In this document: positions 9,941 through 21,095 of the stretch, piece by piece | Layout of the letters: each line of letters opens with the position of its first letter | Numbering within the stretch: the stretch's first letter is position 1 | Assembly: GCA_963796685.1 (NCBI GenBank) | Contig: CAWCMR010000015.1 | Coordinates: 384,001-448,000 of the forward strand | Length of the DNA: 64,000 nt | Origin: an uncultured delta proteobacterium | GTDB taxonomy: Bacteria; Myxococcota_A; Polyangia; Fen-1088 | Reading direction: 5' to 3' | Made by a program: the position numbers and the translations under genes | The notes under the pieces: model-generated | Databases searched by the model: none | Seen by the model: the letters and a program-made list of their open reading frames with translations, nothing else | Told to the model about the DNA's origin: nothing

Positions 9941-12224
9941 TTGAAAACGGAACGCATCTGCCTGGTCACGACAGGGCTCCTTCTTGGTCTGGTTGCGTCC
10001 GGTTGCCAAGAGCGCAACCCGGCCTACATTCAGAAGCCGGTGCCGTCCGACGCGGCCGTGGGCAGCGAGACGCCGCCGGATGCTTTCGAAGTTGGAGTCG
10101 TTCCGCCTGATACCGCGCCGTCACGCGCCGACGCGCGCGATGCGACCACGCAGAGGCTCGATGGCTTGGTCGACGGCCCTGTCGGCGAGGTCGGGGACTT
10201 TTGGGATGCGACATCGGGCGATGCGCGCGACGCCTTCCGGGATACGCGCGACGCGCGCCGAGCCGACGAGGTCGGTATGGATTCCTCGGGTTTGGACTCG
10301 GACGGGGACGGGATCGTCTTGGCAGATGGGCCACTCGACACTCCCTCGCCTTCGGAGGTTGGCCCGGATGTCGCGACTGAGTCGGACGTCACCGACGCGA
10401 GCGTCGATTTGCCGCCCCTTTGCACCGAGTCGGACACGCGTGCTTGCTCGTCGCCCGGCAACCCGTTGCTTGGCGCTTGCCACGCGGGTACGCAAACCTG
10501 CACCGATGGCGCTTGGGGGCCTTGCGTGGGCGAGACCCTGCCCGCGGCAACCGAGCTGTGCGACGGCCTGGACGACAACTGCAACGGCATCACCGACGAG
10601 GGGTGTGTCGAGGGCTGCGTGGTCGTGGCACCCGGTGGGGACGACACGACGGCTGACGGCACTCCGGGCAAGCCCTTCGCCACCATCGGGGCAGCCATGG
10701 TCCTGGCCGGTGCGCAGGATGGCGGCGCGCCAAGGCGGGTGTGCGTGGCGGGCGGCGCCACCTGCAGCGACCACAACACCTATGCCATGGCCGCGCCGTT
10801 GGTCATGGTGAGCGGCGGGCTCATCCAAGGCAACTACGCGCTGGCCGGTTCCGCGCTTTCGTACTGCCCGGACACCCGGCCGCCCACCACGGCCATGCAG
10901 TTCACCGCGTCCGAGCAGGGCGTGGTCTTCGACCCGAGCGTGGTTCTGCACACCGAGCTGAGCGGGTTCGCCATCGAGCGCTTCAGTCCGGCAAGCGGAT
11001 CGACCGCGGCCGGGCCTATCTCCGCGGTCCAGGTCAAGGGTGGTGTGAACATCACCTTGAGCGGGATCTTCGTCACCGATGCGCCCAGCAGCGACACCAC
11101 CTACGGCGTCGACGTCGAGAGCGGCGGCCAGGTCACCATCGTGGGATCGGCCATCGGGGGTGGGGCGGGGCGCTTGGCCGCCATCGGGGTGTACGTGAAC
11201 GGTGGGGTGGCGAATCTGCGCGGCAACTGCGATGGAGAATCGAACGGTCTGTGCAATTCGTCCTGCGCCGAGGGAAGCTCGGTACTGGGGATCCGCGGGC
11301 GTTCGGGCGCTGCCATCGCGAATGCGGCGGCCGACTCGTCGGCCGTGTACGTCACCGGAACGTATCCGGCCAAGACCTCGATCGTGGCAAACAATCTGTG
11401 CGGCGGCGCGGGCACCGCCGCCGATGCTGTCAGGGGGGCGAATCTCAGCCACCCTGCGCTGCGAAGCCGGAGCCTGCGCGACCATCGCCGGCAACAGCAT
11501 CGACAGCGGCAGCGGCCGCCAAACCATCGCGGTCAATCTCCTCGGGGGTGGGGCGTTCGTGGATGGCAATCTGATCGTTGCAGCTTGCGGAACCGATTCG
11601 TCGACCGGTGTGGTGCTCGACGATGCGCCCGCCAGGCTGCAGAACAACCGCATCGTCGCCAGCCCGTGCTCCGCCGGCACCACCGGGCTCTCCTACGGCG
11701 TACATATCTTGTTGGGCCCATCCACGGGAGAACCCGATTTGCATTCGAACGACATCGAGCCCATGGGCGCGTCCGGTGATTGTCAGAGCATCGGCGTGGC
11801 CATTGATAGGGCCTCGGGCGACGCCTCCTCGGTGGGCATTCTTCGCAACAACATCATCTCTGCCGGAAACTGCCGCAAACGCGTGGCCGTCGCGGAGCTC
11901 TCTGCATCGTCGGCTCGAATCGTCGAGAACAACGATCTCTATCCCGGCCCGATCTCCTCGGCCACCGACCCGGCTGTTCTGTACCGACGGGCAGGCACGG
12001 ACGCGCAGAGCGCGGCAGACGTCAACGCGCTCGCAGGCGCGGCGAAGAACATCTCGGCCGACCCGAGATTCGTCAACTACCCGACCGACCTCCACCTGTC
12101 GAGCACTTCACCCTGCGTCGATCGCGGGACCTCCGTCGGCGCCCCCGTGACCGACGGCGACGGCAACCCCAGACCGGAAGGAGCTGGATTCGATATCGGC
12201 GCCTACGAGCTCGTCGTGCCGTAG
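9941..12224 (+). CDS. Lipoprotein with Cys/Asp-rich MopE-related repeat and parallel beta-helix (frameshift ~11433-11448)
   Basis: TTG start with AGGAG RBS, lipobox VASG-C and motif ELCDGLDDNCNGITDEGC. The beta-helix continues in the 11202..12224 frame (ATLRCEAGAC...NNII...DLHLSSTSPCVDRG...DIGAYE, choice-of-anchor-Q-like end). Confidence 0.78.
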
Positions 12225-12267
12225 GCCTGCATGGCCACGGACACCGGTGCGCCGTTTGGTTCGTCGT

Positions 12268-14049
12268 CTACGTCGGCGATCCTAGCCACCTCGCCCTCAG
12301 TCGCCGCACCCGAGCCGACGCGTCCGCATCCACCGCGAAGGTCCACTTCCGTTCCGGATTGCGCACCAGCTTCAGCTTGGCCATGCGCAGGCGATCCCGG
12401 CGGAAGTACGCCACGGCGATTTCCTGTCCGACCTTGCCGTCGGCCAGGCGTTTGCCGACGGTGGCGCCGTTTACGCGGGCACCGTCGACGGCGATGACCT
12501 CGTCGCCGAAGGTGACGCCCGCGCGCCAGGCGGGCGAGTCGGGGACGACGTTCTTGACCACCGCGCTGTCGTGCTCTCCGCTATTTGCGAAGGAAATGCC
12601 GCTCCAGCCAAGCAGTCGGCGGGCCTTGACCCTGTCGTTGCGTTCGTGCTCGGCGGGCGCTGCGGCCTGCACCTTCACGCCAGCGCCGCGCAGTAGCTCG
12701 GGTACCGGCAACTCCACGGTGCCGTCGATGAAGCGATGGAAGTAGCTGGCGAGCGAGCGGCCGGCGAGGGCCTCGGCTTCGTCGCGGATGACGGCGTCGT
12801 CGATGGCGCGCTCGCGGGCGGCATGGCGCGACCACAGGCGCCTGAACAGATCGGGGAGGCCGCGCCGACCGGCGGTGGCCGAGCGCAGGATCAGGTCCAG
12901 CGCGAGGCCAGCCCAGCGGCCCTTGTCGTAGTAGCTGACCATGCGGTTGGCATGGTTGTCGGCGGGCTTGTATTGCTTGATCCACGCCTCGTACGACAGC
13001 TCGGATAGAGGCGTGACGTTGCGCCCGGGGCGGGCGGCGTAGCGGGTCCAGTCTTCGGCCAGATCCTTGAGATAGCGTTCGGGGGAGAGCAGGCCCGCGC
13101 GCAGCAGGATGAGGGCCTGCATGTGCTCGGTGAAGCCCTCGTGAAACCACAGCAGGCGCGTGTAGTTCTCCTGGGTGTAGTCGAACGGGCCGAGGGGGCG
13201 GTCGTGGATGCGCTTGACGTTCCAGGCGTGGAAGAGCTCGTGCGCGGCCAGCTCGGCGAAACTCTGGTAGCCCTTGTCGTCCTCGAAGGAGGTGCCCACG
13301 ATGTCGAGGGTGCACGAATCGGCGTGCTCGAGGCCGCCGCGCGTGGACAGGGCGTGGATGATGAAGAGGTAGCGCGCGAAGGGGAAGCCGCCGAAGATGG
13401 CGCCGGTGGCGCGCACGATGGCGCGCAGATCGGCGAGGATGCGCGCGAGGTCGGCGTTGGTGCGGCCGTGCAGCGCGATCTCGAAGCGTGTCCCGTCCAC
13501 GCGGAAGGCGAGCACATGGTGCGTGCCGACCTCGACGGGCGAGTCGACCAGCTCGTCGTAGTCGCGGGCGCTGAAGGTGTTGCGTCGGCCGCGCAGGGCG
13601 GGTAGGGCGGTGCTGATGCGCCAGCCGGTGGGGGCCTCGACGGCCAGCACGCACGGCCGGGTCAGCTCGCCGTCGACGAAGAAGAACAGGCTGGTGCCGC
13701 TCAGGAAGGCGTGGCTGTCGTCGAGAAACGAGGTGCGTACGCTGACCTCGTGCGCGAACACGCGGTAGCGCAGGAGCACCGGCCGGCCGCCTGTGTTCAA
13801 GCGCCAGCGCAGCTTGTCGATGCGTACGTGGGGCACGGGCTTCCCGCCGTGGTCGCGGATGTCGAGGTCGTAGACATGGCGGGAAAAGTCACGCACGAGG
13901 TAACTGCCCGGCGCCCAAGCGGGAAAGACCACGTCCAGGCTGTCGCGTTCGGGCAGCGCGGGGATCTGCATGGTGATGTGGAACTCGTGGCTTTGCGGCT
14001 CGGGCATGGCGGCGCGGTAGCGGACGGGCAAGCTGGGGATGTCAGGCAT
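12268..14049 (-). CDS. M61 family glycyl aminopeptidase with PDZ domain
   Basis: PAWAPGSY, GGLEH, HELFHAWNVKR, LWFHEGFT and YYDKG, plus a C-terminal PDZ (SPAWRAGV..GDEVIAVDG). Start uncertain. Confidence 0.92.
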   Translation of the reverse strand: MPDIPSLPVRYRAAMPEPQSHEFHITMQIPALPERDSLDVVFPAWAPGSYLVRDFSRHVYDLDIRDHGGKPVPHVRIDKLRWRLNTGGRPVLLRYRVFAHEVSVRTSFLDDSHAFLSGTSLFFFVDGELTRPCVLAVEAPTGWRISTALPALRGRRNTFSARDYDELVDSPVEVGTHHVLAFRVDGTRFEIALHGRTNADLARILADLRAIVRATGAIFGGFPFARYLFIIHALSTRGGLEHADSCTLDIVGTSFEDDKGYQSFAELAAHELFHAWNVKRIHDRPLGPFDYTQENYTRLLWFHEGFTEHMQALILLRAGLLSPERYLKDLAEDWTRYAARPGRNVTPLSELSYEAWIKQYKPADNHANRMVSYYDKGRWAGLALDLILRSATAGRRGLPDLFRRLWSRHAARERAIDDAVIRDEAEALAGRSLASYFHRFIDGTVELPVPELLRGAGVKVQAAAPAEHERNDRVKARRLLGWSGISFANSGEHDSAVVKNVVPDSPAWRAGVTFGDEVIAVDGARVNGATVGKRLADGKVGQEIAVAYFRRDRLRMAKLKLVRNPERKWTFAVDADASARVRRLRARWLGSPT

Positions 14050-14097
14050 GGGCGCTAGCATATCTGTTCCCGGCGAATCGCGTGCTCTCCGCCTGGA

Positions 14098-15627
14098 CTA
14101 CGAAACCGTTTCCGGCGGCGGCGTGGCGCCGGACTTGGGGTTGTCGTGGCCGGTGGGGTCGGCGGGGATGGGCAGGAACACGCGGAAGACCGCGCCTCCT
14201 CCGGGGCGATCGCCGACCTCCATCCAGCCGTCATGATCCTTGATGATGCCGTGGCTGACGGGCAGACCCAGTCCGCTGCCCTCGCCGGCGTCCTTGGTGG
14301 TGAAGAAGGCGTCGAAGATGCGGGCCCGGTCGGCCTGCGGGACGCCGGGGCCGGTGTCGCAAAACTCGATCACCAGGTAGGGTGAGGGCGGCGCCAAGTC
14401 GAGGCCCTCCTTGCGGCGGGTCACGGGGTGGATGTTGATGGTCAGCTTTCCGCCTTCGGGCATGGCCTGGATGGCGTTCATGATCAGGTTCAGGCACACC
14501 TGCTGGATTTCGTCGGGATCGCCGGGAACGGCGTGCACCTCGGGCTGGCTGTGCACCTCGACCTCGATGCGGTGCTGTTTCAGGTTCTCCTCGACGAACT
14601 CCAGGGTTTCGCGCACGGCCTTGACCACGTCCGCCTCGCTGGCTGCGGGGCGGTTCTTGCGGGACGAGTCGAGCACCTGGCGGATGATCTTGGTGATGCG
14701 GTCGACCTGGGTCGAGATGATCTCGGCGTTCTTCTGCACGTTGGCGGGGTCGTCTGCGCGCCTGGCCAGGGTGCGGGCGCGACCCCCGATCACGTTCAGG
14801 GGCGTGCCCACCTCGTGGGCGATTTCGGCCGCCATTTGGCCGATCGTCGCCAACTTCTCGGCCCGGCGCAGGTGCTCCTCGGTGGCCACGCGGGCAGCGG
14901 TGGCGCGCGCCTCCTTTTCGCGTGCCTCGCGTAGGTAGTTCATCATGTCGTTGAACCGGCCCGCCAGGGTGCCGATCTCGTCGTCGCGTTCGGGCAGCAC
15001 CGCGCGCGACATGTCGCCCTTGGAGACCCCGTCGATGGCCTCGACCAGACGGCGCAGTGGCGTGGCGACCCGGCGCATGAGCATCACGTACATCGCAATG
15101 GCGAAAGCCAAGACGAACACCAGCAGCATGGGGGCCAAGCGCTCGGCCGAGAGCAGGACCTCTTGACTGATGAATTCACCGTTGCGCACCAGGCCCAGAA
15201 ATGCCACCACCTGGCGCCTGGGCTCGCCCGGGGCCGCATTGTGCAGGGGAATCGCCATGGCATAGAAGGGCGAGATACCCTTGATGTCGAAAAGGCGGCC
15301 CACCGGCGCGTCGAGCTTGGTGGCTTCGTCGACCAGCCCGGCCCACGAGTTGTTCGGGCGTTGGGAGCCCCAGGCGATCGCCTCCAGGCGGAAGGAACCC
15401 GTCTTGGTTGCCTGGGCGGCCACGCGTTCTCTGAGCACCTCGCCCGCCCGGTCCCGTGGCAGGGGCTCGATGCCGGTGGTGAGCGCGTCGGCCAGCGCGT
15501 GTGCCTCGCGATCCATGTCGCGCAGCTGATCCGTCCGTAGGACGAGCAGCACGGCACCCACGGCCACCACGAGCACGGCGGCCATGAGAAGCGTGGTGAT
15601 GACGGCGACGCGTGGACCGAGCTTCAT
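14098..15627 (-). CDS. HAMP-domain sensor histidine kinase
   Basis: Two TM segments, HAMP (DEIGTLAGRFNDM), H-box IAHEVGTPLN, N-box NLIMNA, DTGPG, FFTTK and GSGLGL. Confidence 0.93.
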   Translation of the reverse strand: MKLGPRVAVITTLLMAAVLVVAVGAVLLVLRTDQLRDMDREAHALADALTTGIEPLPRDRAGEVLRERVAAQATKTGSFRLEAIAWGSQRPNNSWAGLVDEATKLDAPVGRLFDIKGISPFYAMAIPLHNAAPGEPRRQVVAFLGLVRNGEFISQEVLLSAERLAPMLLVFVLAFAIAMYVMLMRRVATPLRRLVEAIDGVSKGDMSRAVLPERDDEIGTLAGRFNDMMNYLREAREKEARATAARVATEEHLRRAEKLATIGQMAAEIAHEVGTPLNVIGGRARTLARRADDPANVQKNAEIISTQVDRITKIIRQVLDSSRKNRPAASEADVVKAVRETLEFVEENLKQHRIEVEVHSQPEVHAVPGDPDEIQQVCLNLIMNAIQAMPEGGKLTINIHPVTRRKEGLDLAPPSPYLVIEFCDTGPGVPQADRARIFDAFFTTKDAGEGSGLGLPVSHGIIKDHDGWMEVGDRPGGGAVFRVFLPIPADPTGHDNPKSGATPPPETVS

Positions 15628-15677
15628 GACGGACCTGGACTATAGTACCGTCGTCTCGTCACCATGGAGGTGTCCAA

Positions 15678-16283
15678 ATGCGTCGAATGATCCTCGTAAC
15701 CAGCACATTCCTAGTCGCAGCATTCCTGACCACGCCTTCCGCCCAGGCCCAGAGCTCCACTGGGAGCGCCACCATCACCCCCGCCAGCTCCGGCCACGGG
15801 CGCGGCTTCGGCGTAGGCGCGGTGACCATGCTCAACGGCACGAGCGGTGCCATGGTCACCTGGGGCAGCGCCGGCGGCGGGTTGCATGCCGATGGGATCT
15901 TCGGCCTGCACCACTACCGAGACGGCAACGGCAACTACACCACCAGCTTCGCGATCGCGGGGCGGTTCTGGTACCACGTGCACGCTGCGGCCTTCGCCGA
16001 TTTCTCCCTGGGGGGCGGGATCGGTCTCACCTCCTGGACGAACGACCCAGGCAACCCAGGCTCGGATAGTCGGCTCGACCTTTCTCTCGAGGTCGGCGGG
16101 CAAATGCGCGCCTTCATCGTACCCAACGTGGCGCTGATCGCCGATCTCGGTCTGGGGGCGAACTTCGGTAACAATGACAACATCATCATCGGCGGCCATA
16201 GCGTCACGGGTGGGGGCGAGCCGGAGGGCCCCGGCAACCAATTCGTCCTTGGTACCCTGGGCATCGCCTATTTCTTCGAGTAG
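15678..16283 (+). CDS. Probable outer-membrane beta-barrel protein
   Basis: GGAG RBS, signal peptide, alternating Gly/hydrophobic strands and aromatic C-terminus (GIAYFFE). Confidence 0.7.
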   Translation: MRRMILVTSTFLVAAFLTTPSAQAQSSTGSATITPASSGHGRGFGVGAVTMLNGTSGAMVTWGSAGGGLHADGIFGLHHYRDGNGNYTTSFAIAGRFWYHVHAAAFADFSLGGGIGLTSWTNDPGNPGSDSRLDLSLEVGGQMRAFIVPNVALIADLGLGANFGNNDNIIIGGHSVTGGGEPEGPGNQFVLGTLGIAYFFE

Positions 16284-16298
16284 ACCTTCCGCTCGGAA

Positions 16299-19175
16299 AT
16301 GAAGCACGAGCGGAGCGCCGAAGAACCCAATTTCGTCATCGTTCGCGGCGCGCGCGAGCACAACCTGCACATCGACGAGCTGTCGATCCCCAAGCGCCAG
16401 CTCGTCGTATTCACCGGGGTTTCGGGGTCGGGAAAGTCTTCGCTGGCCTTCGATACGCTGTATGCCGAAGGGCAGCGGCGCTACGTCGAGTCGCTGTCGT
16501 CCTACGCGCGGCAGTTCCTGGGCCAGCTCGAAAAGCCCAAGTACGACCAGATCCGCGGGCTTTCGCCCACCATCGCCATCGAGCAGAAGTCGGCGTCGTC
16601 GAACCCGCGCTCGACGGTTGGCACCGTGACCGAGATCTATGACTACCTGCGCGTGCTCTATGCGCGGGCGGGCGAGCAGCGTTGCCACTTGTGCGGCGGC
16701 GAGGTCGCGGCACGCTCGGCGGGCGAGATCGTCGGCGAGCTTTTGACCCTGCCGGCTAAGACCAAGGTGACCTTGCTGGCGCCCAAGGCGGACAACCGCA
16801 AGGGCGAGTTCTGCGAGATCTTCGACGAGGCTCGCAAGGCCGGCTTTGCGCGGGTGCGCATCGACGGGGTCGTGCGACGTCTCGACGAGGTCAGCGCGCT
16901 CGACAAGAAGAAGAAGCACTCGGTGCAGATCGTCGTGGATCGGGTGGCGCTCGACCACGCCGATCGCGCGCGCCTGTCCGATTCCATCGAGACCGCCCTG
17001 CGCGCCGGGGGCGGCACCTTGATAGCGGCGGTCGAAGGCGAGGAGCGCGAGCGCGCCTACAGCGAGGAGCGCGCCTGCCCGAGCTGCGGCGTGGGCCTGC
17101 CCGAGCTGTCGCCGCAGTCTTTTTCCTTCAACAGCCCGCTTGGCATGTGCGTGGACTGCAACGGCCTCGGTTCCAAGCTGGAGGTCGATCCGGATCTGGT
17201 GGTGCCCAACGGCGACCTGTCCATCTCCGAGGGCGCCATCGAGCCGTGGGGCGAACGCTTCGCGCGCGAAGAGGGCTGGACCACGCGCATCGCCGCGGCT
17301 CTCGAAAAGGAGATGGGCATTCCACTCAAGAAGCCGTGGAAACAGCTCACGCCACGCCAGCGCGAGATCGTTCTTTTCGGCACGGGTGAGCGCCGCGTGC
17401 AGGTGAGCTGGACGGGGAAGCACGGTGGCGGCTCGTGGGCTCTGCGCTTCGAGGGCGTGGCCAACAACATCAAGCGCCGCTGGCGCGACACGCACTCCGA
17501 GATGATGCGGCAGTGGCTGGGAAAGTACTTTCGCGAGCAGCTCTGCCGGGCGTGCAAGGGCAAGCGGCTGCGACCCGAATCGCGGGCGGTCTTTCTCGGC
17601 GGCAAGAGCATCGTCGACGTCACCGCCCAGACCGTGGGCGAGGCCGAGAAATACTTCAGCGAGCTTCCCCTGACCGGCTCGCGCGCGCAGATCGCGGCCG
17701 AGATTCTCAAGGAGGTGCGCACGCGCCTCGGCTTCCTGCTCAACGTCGGCCTCGACTACCTGACTCTCGATCGCGTGGCGTCGTCGCTTTCCGGCGGGGA
17801 GGCGCAGCGCATTCGTCTGGCCTCGCAGCTCGGCTCGGAGCTGTCAGGGGTGATGTACGTGCTCGACGAGCCGTCCATCGGTCTGCACCAGCGCGACAAC
17901 CTGCGCCTCATCGCGACCCTGCGCAGGCTGCGCGACCTCGGCAACAGCGTGATCGTCGTCGAGCACGATGCCGAAACCATCGAGTCGGCCGACCACGTGG
18001 TGGATTTCGGCCCAGGGGCCGGGCGGCAGGGTGGGCACGTGGTCGCGGCCGGCACGCCCAAGGAGATCGCGGCGAACAAAAGCTCCCTGACCGGGCGGTA
18101 CATGGCGGGCACCATGCGCATCGAGGTGCCTGCTTCGCGGCGCAAGCCCAAGGGGTTCATCACCCTGCGCGGGGCGCGCGAGCACAACCTGCGCAACCTC
18201 GACGTGGAGTTCCCGCTCGGCGTCCTGCTCGCCATCACCGGTGTTTCCGGGGCAGGCAAGTCGTCGCTCATCAACGGCATCCTGCACCCGGCCCTGCGGC
18301 GCAAGCTCTACGGCGGGATGGAGCAGGTCGGCGCGTACGGCAAGCTCGAAGGCATCGACCAGATCGACAAGGTCGTGGACATCGACCAGAAACCCATCGG
18401 CCGCACCCCGCGCTCGAACCCCGCGACCTACACCAAGTCCTTCGACCACATTCGCGAGCTCTACGCGGGCACCGCGGAGGCCAAGACCTTCGGCTTCGGT
18501 CCGGGACGATTTTCCTTCAATGTGAAGGGCGGGCGTTGCGAGGCCTGCGAGGGCGACGGGGTGAAGACCGTCGAGATGCACTTCCTGGCCGACGTGCACG
18601 TGACCTGCGAGGTGTGCCGCGGTCGGCGCTACAACGACGCCACCCTGCGTGTGAAGTGGAAGGGCCTGGACATCGCCGAGATGCTGGAAACCAGCGTGTC
18701 CGAGGCCCTCGCCCTGTTCGAGAACCATCGCCAGCTCTCGCACATCCTGCGCACCCTCGACGACGTGGGGTTGGGCTACATCGCCCTCGGCCAGTCGGCG
18801 ACCACGCTGTCCGGCGGCGAAGCCCAGCGCGTGAAGCTGTCGCGCGAGCTGGCCAAGCGCGACACCGGCCGCACGCTCTATCTTCTCGACGAGCCGACGA
18901 CGGGCCTGCACTTCGACGACGTTCGCCGCCTGCTCGCCGTCCTCGATCGTCTGGTCGCCGCCGGCAACAGCGTCCTCGTCATTGAGCACAACCTCGACGT
19001 GATCAAGACCGCCGACTACGTCATCGACCTCGGCCCCGAGGGCGGCGCCGCGGGTGGCGACATCATAGCCGCCGGCACCCCCGAGGAAGTCGCCGCCAAC
19101 CCGGGTTCCTACACCGGCCAGTTCCTGGCCGAGCTCCTGGGAAAGCGCTCCGCAGCCTCCCGTCGCGCCGGGTAG
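16299..19175 (+). CDS. uvrA: Excinuclease ABC subunit A
   Basis: GAREHNL, TGVSGSGKSSLAFDTLYAEGQRRY, two LSGGEAQR signatures and Zn-finger CxxC pairs. Confidence 0.98.
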   Translation: MKHERSAEEPNFVIVRGAREHNLHIDELSIPKRQLVVFTGVSGSGKSSLAFDTLYAEGQRRYVESLSSYARQFLGQLEKPKYDQIRGLSPTIAIEQKSASSNPRSTVGTVTEIYDYLRVLYARAGEQRCHLCGGEVAARSAGEIVGELLTLPAKTKVTLLAPKADNRKGEFCEIFDEARKAGFARVRIDGVVRRLDEVSALDKKKKHSVQIVVDRVALDHADRARLSDSIETALRAGGGTLIAAVEGEERERAYSEERACPSCGVGLPELSPQSFSFNSPLGMCVDCNGLGSKLEVDPDLVVPNGDLSISEGAIEPWGERFAREEGWTTRIAAALEKEMGIPLKKPWKQLTPRQREIVLFGTGERRVQVSWTGKHGGGSWALRFEGVANNIKRRWRDTHSEMMRQWLGKYFREQLCRACKGKRLRPESRAVFLGGKSIVDVTAQTVGEAEKYFSELPLTGSRAQIAAEILKEVRTRLGFLLNVGLDYLTLDRVASSLSGGEAQRIRLASQLGSELSGVMYVLDEPSIGLHQRDNLRLIATLRRLRDLGNSVIVVEHDAETIESADHVVDFGPGAGRQGGHVVAAGTPKEIAANKSSLTGRYMAGTMRIEVPASRRKPKGFITLRGAREHNLRNLDVEFPLGVLLAITGVSGAGKSSLINGILHPALRRKLYGGMEQVGAYGKLEGIDQIDKVVDIDQKPIGRTPRSNPATYTKSFDHIRELYAGTAEAKTFGFGPGRFSFNVKGGRCEACEGDGVKTVEMHFLADVHVTCEVCRGRRYNDATLRVKWKGLDIAEMLETSVSEALALFENHRQLSHILRTLDDVGLGYIALGQSATTLSGGEAQRVKLSRELAKRDTGRTLYLLDEPTTGLHFDDVRRLLAVLDRLVAAGNSVLVIEHNLDVIKTADYVIDLGPEGGAAGGDIIAAGTPEEVAANPGSYTGQFLAELLGKRSAASRRAG

Positions 19176-19287
19176 GAAGACACAGAGGACACAGAGAACT
19201 TAGAGACGGACTGAAGAAGGCAGGGTTCGGATTTGGGATCCGGATAACCCCTTCCTCTGTGTCCTCCGTGTCCTCTGTGTTTTCTTC
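19176..19287. repeat. Palindromic intergenic repeat built from 9-bp ACACAGAGG/CCTCTGTGT units
   Basis: ACACAGAGGACACAGAG (19180-19196) is inverted against CTCTGTGTCCTCCGTGTCCTCTGTGT (19255-19280), between convergent uvrA and rnpB. A half-copy lies at 57001-57025. Confidence 0.75.
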
Positions 19288-19325
19288 TCCGTCGCGCCAG
19301 GAGATTGCGACGAAAGTGCTTCCCG

Positions 19326-19724
<399 letters not shown>

Positions 19725-19789
19725 CGGGAAGCAGGCAGAGTATAGCGCGAAGCGGAGTCGCGTGGGGCGTTCTCGGCAACGCCCCCCCG

Positions 19790-20530
19790 CTAGGTGCTGG
19801 GCTTGTCGCCGACCGGCTCGTCCTTCATCAGGTTTTCCCAATAGACGATGCGGTGGCAGTAGGGGCAGGTCTCGATCGAGGTGCCGCGCTGGAGGACGTT
19901 GTAGAGCTGCGGTGGCACGTTCATGTTGCAGCCCTGGCAAGTGCCGTTGCGAACCGTGGTGACGGCCAGCCCGCGGCGCATGCGAATGGCGCCGTAGCGC
20001 TTGAGCACGTCCGGGCGAATGCCGGCGGCGACCTTGTCGCGGTCGACCTTGATCTCGGCGATCTTGCCTTCCAGCTCGGCCATCTTCTTGCGCGCCACTT
20101 CCGCGTCCTTGTCGATGGACTTGCGCAGGACATCGAGCTCGGCGGCGCGTTCGGCGAGCAGCTTCTCCTTGGCCTGGACGGCCTCGATCAGCTTGGCGAT
20201 CTCTTGCTCGCGCGTTTGCACGCTTTCGCGGGTCGCCTCCATCTCGCGCTGCGCGGCGGCGTACTCCTTCGAATTCTTGGCCAGCGAGAGCTTGTGCTTG
20301 GCGCCGCTGGCCGTGCTCTCGTCGGACTGAAGCTGATTTTTCTGCTCGGAGTAGTAGCGCTGGGATTCGGCGAGCTGCGCGCGCTCGTTTTCGAGCAGGG
20401 TTTCGACCCGGGCAAAGTCGCTCTGGGAGGCTTCGAGCTTGGCGGGTATCGCCTTGTGTGCGTTGGTCAGTTCTTGAATCTGAGCGTCGTATCTTTGGAG
20501 CTCCTCGAGACGCTTAAGCTGATCGCGCAA
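19790..20530 (-). CDS. C4-type zinc-ribbon / coiled-coil protein (CT398-like)
   Basis: TTG start after AGGAGG, long coiled coil, CQGCNM...CPYCHRI. Lies between tRNA-Ile2 and rnpB. Confidence 0.9.
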   Translation of the reverse strand: MRDQLKRLEELQRYDAQIQELTNAHKAIPAKLEASQSDFARVETLLENERAQLAESQRYYSEQKNQLQSDESTASGAKHKLSLAKNSKEYAAAQREMEATRESVQTREQEIAKLIEAVQAKEKLLAERAAELDVLRKSIDKDAEVARKKMAELEGKIAEIKVDRDKVAAGIRPDVLKRYGAIRMRRGLAVTTVRNGTCQGCNMNVPPQLYNVLQRGTSIETCPYCHRIVYWENLMKDEPVGDKPST

Positions 20531-20605
20531 CTTTTCCTCCTGGGCTTTCGTGATGGCCCGATTCCTGACGACAAACGAAGGACAATCCGGCAGGCGCTTG
20601 TAGAG

Positions 20606-20678
20606 TGGGCCCACCTGGATTCGAACCAGGGGCCGAGCGGTTATGAGCCGCCAGCTCTGACCGCTGAGCTATGGGCCC
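20606..20678 (-). tRNA. tRNA-Ile2 (CAT anticodon, lysidine type)
   Basis: GGGCCCATAGCTCAGCGGTCAGAGCTGGCGGCTCATAACCGCTCGGCCCCTGGTTCGAATCCAGGTGGGCCCA. G1:C72 is paired, so it is not an initiator; the body is Ile2-like. CCA is not encoded. Confidence 0.88.
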
Positions 20679-20830
20679 AGCCATGCTTAGGATTACCGTT
20701 AGCAAGCCGGCGAAGCATACTCAGCATGCCCGGCGGTGTCCAGGATTGTGAGGCACAAAACGAATCCTTTTCGAGGGATTGCGCTACTTGCCCGAAAGCA
20801 AACTCGTTTTGGGATGATGAGAAGAAATTG

Positions 20831-21095
20831 CTAGGCGCTCATTCCGCCGAGCACGGCGGCAATCAGAGCAAGACCCAGGATCACGCGGTAGACGACGAAA
20901 CCGTAGGTTGTGCGTGTGCGCAGGAAACGCAGGAGCGATGAGGGCATCGCGTAGGGTGAACGAGTCCAGGGTGCGCTCGTGGCGCGCGGTCTTCTCGACC
21001 ACCGCCATGAGGACGCCGACCGCGATCATCGAGATCGCGATCACGAGAATGGAGCGAAACGATCCCTCTACGAACGGACGCAGGGCGAAAGCCAG
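20831..21095 (-). pseudogene. uppP: Undecaprenyl-diphosphatase UppP/BacA remnant (N-terminus and central part missing)
   Basis: The fragment LAFALRPFVEGSFRSILVIAISMIAVGVLMAVVEKTARHERTLDSFTLRDALI is joined out of frame at ~20936 to the C-terminal LLRFLRTRTTYGFVVYRVILGLALIAAVLGGMSA*. Both resemble UppP segments. Confidence 0.78.

Noticed and set aside
20606-20678. tRNA-Met call for the CAT anticodon
   Set aside because: The paired G1:C72 and lack of three consecutive G:C pairs in the anticodon stem exclude the initiator. The body resembles Ile2, though elongator Met cannot be fully excluded without a model.
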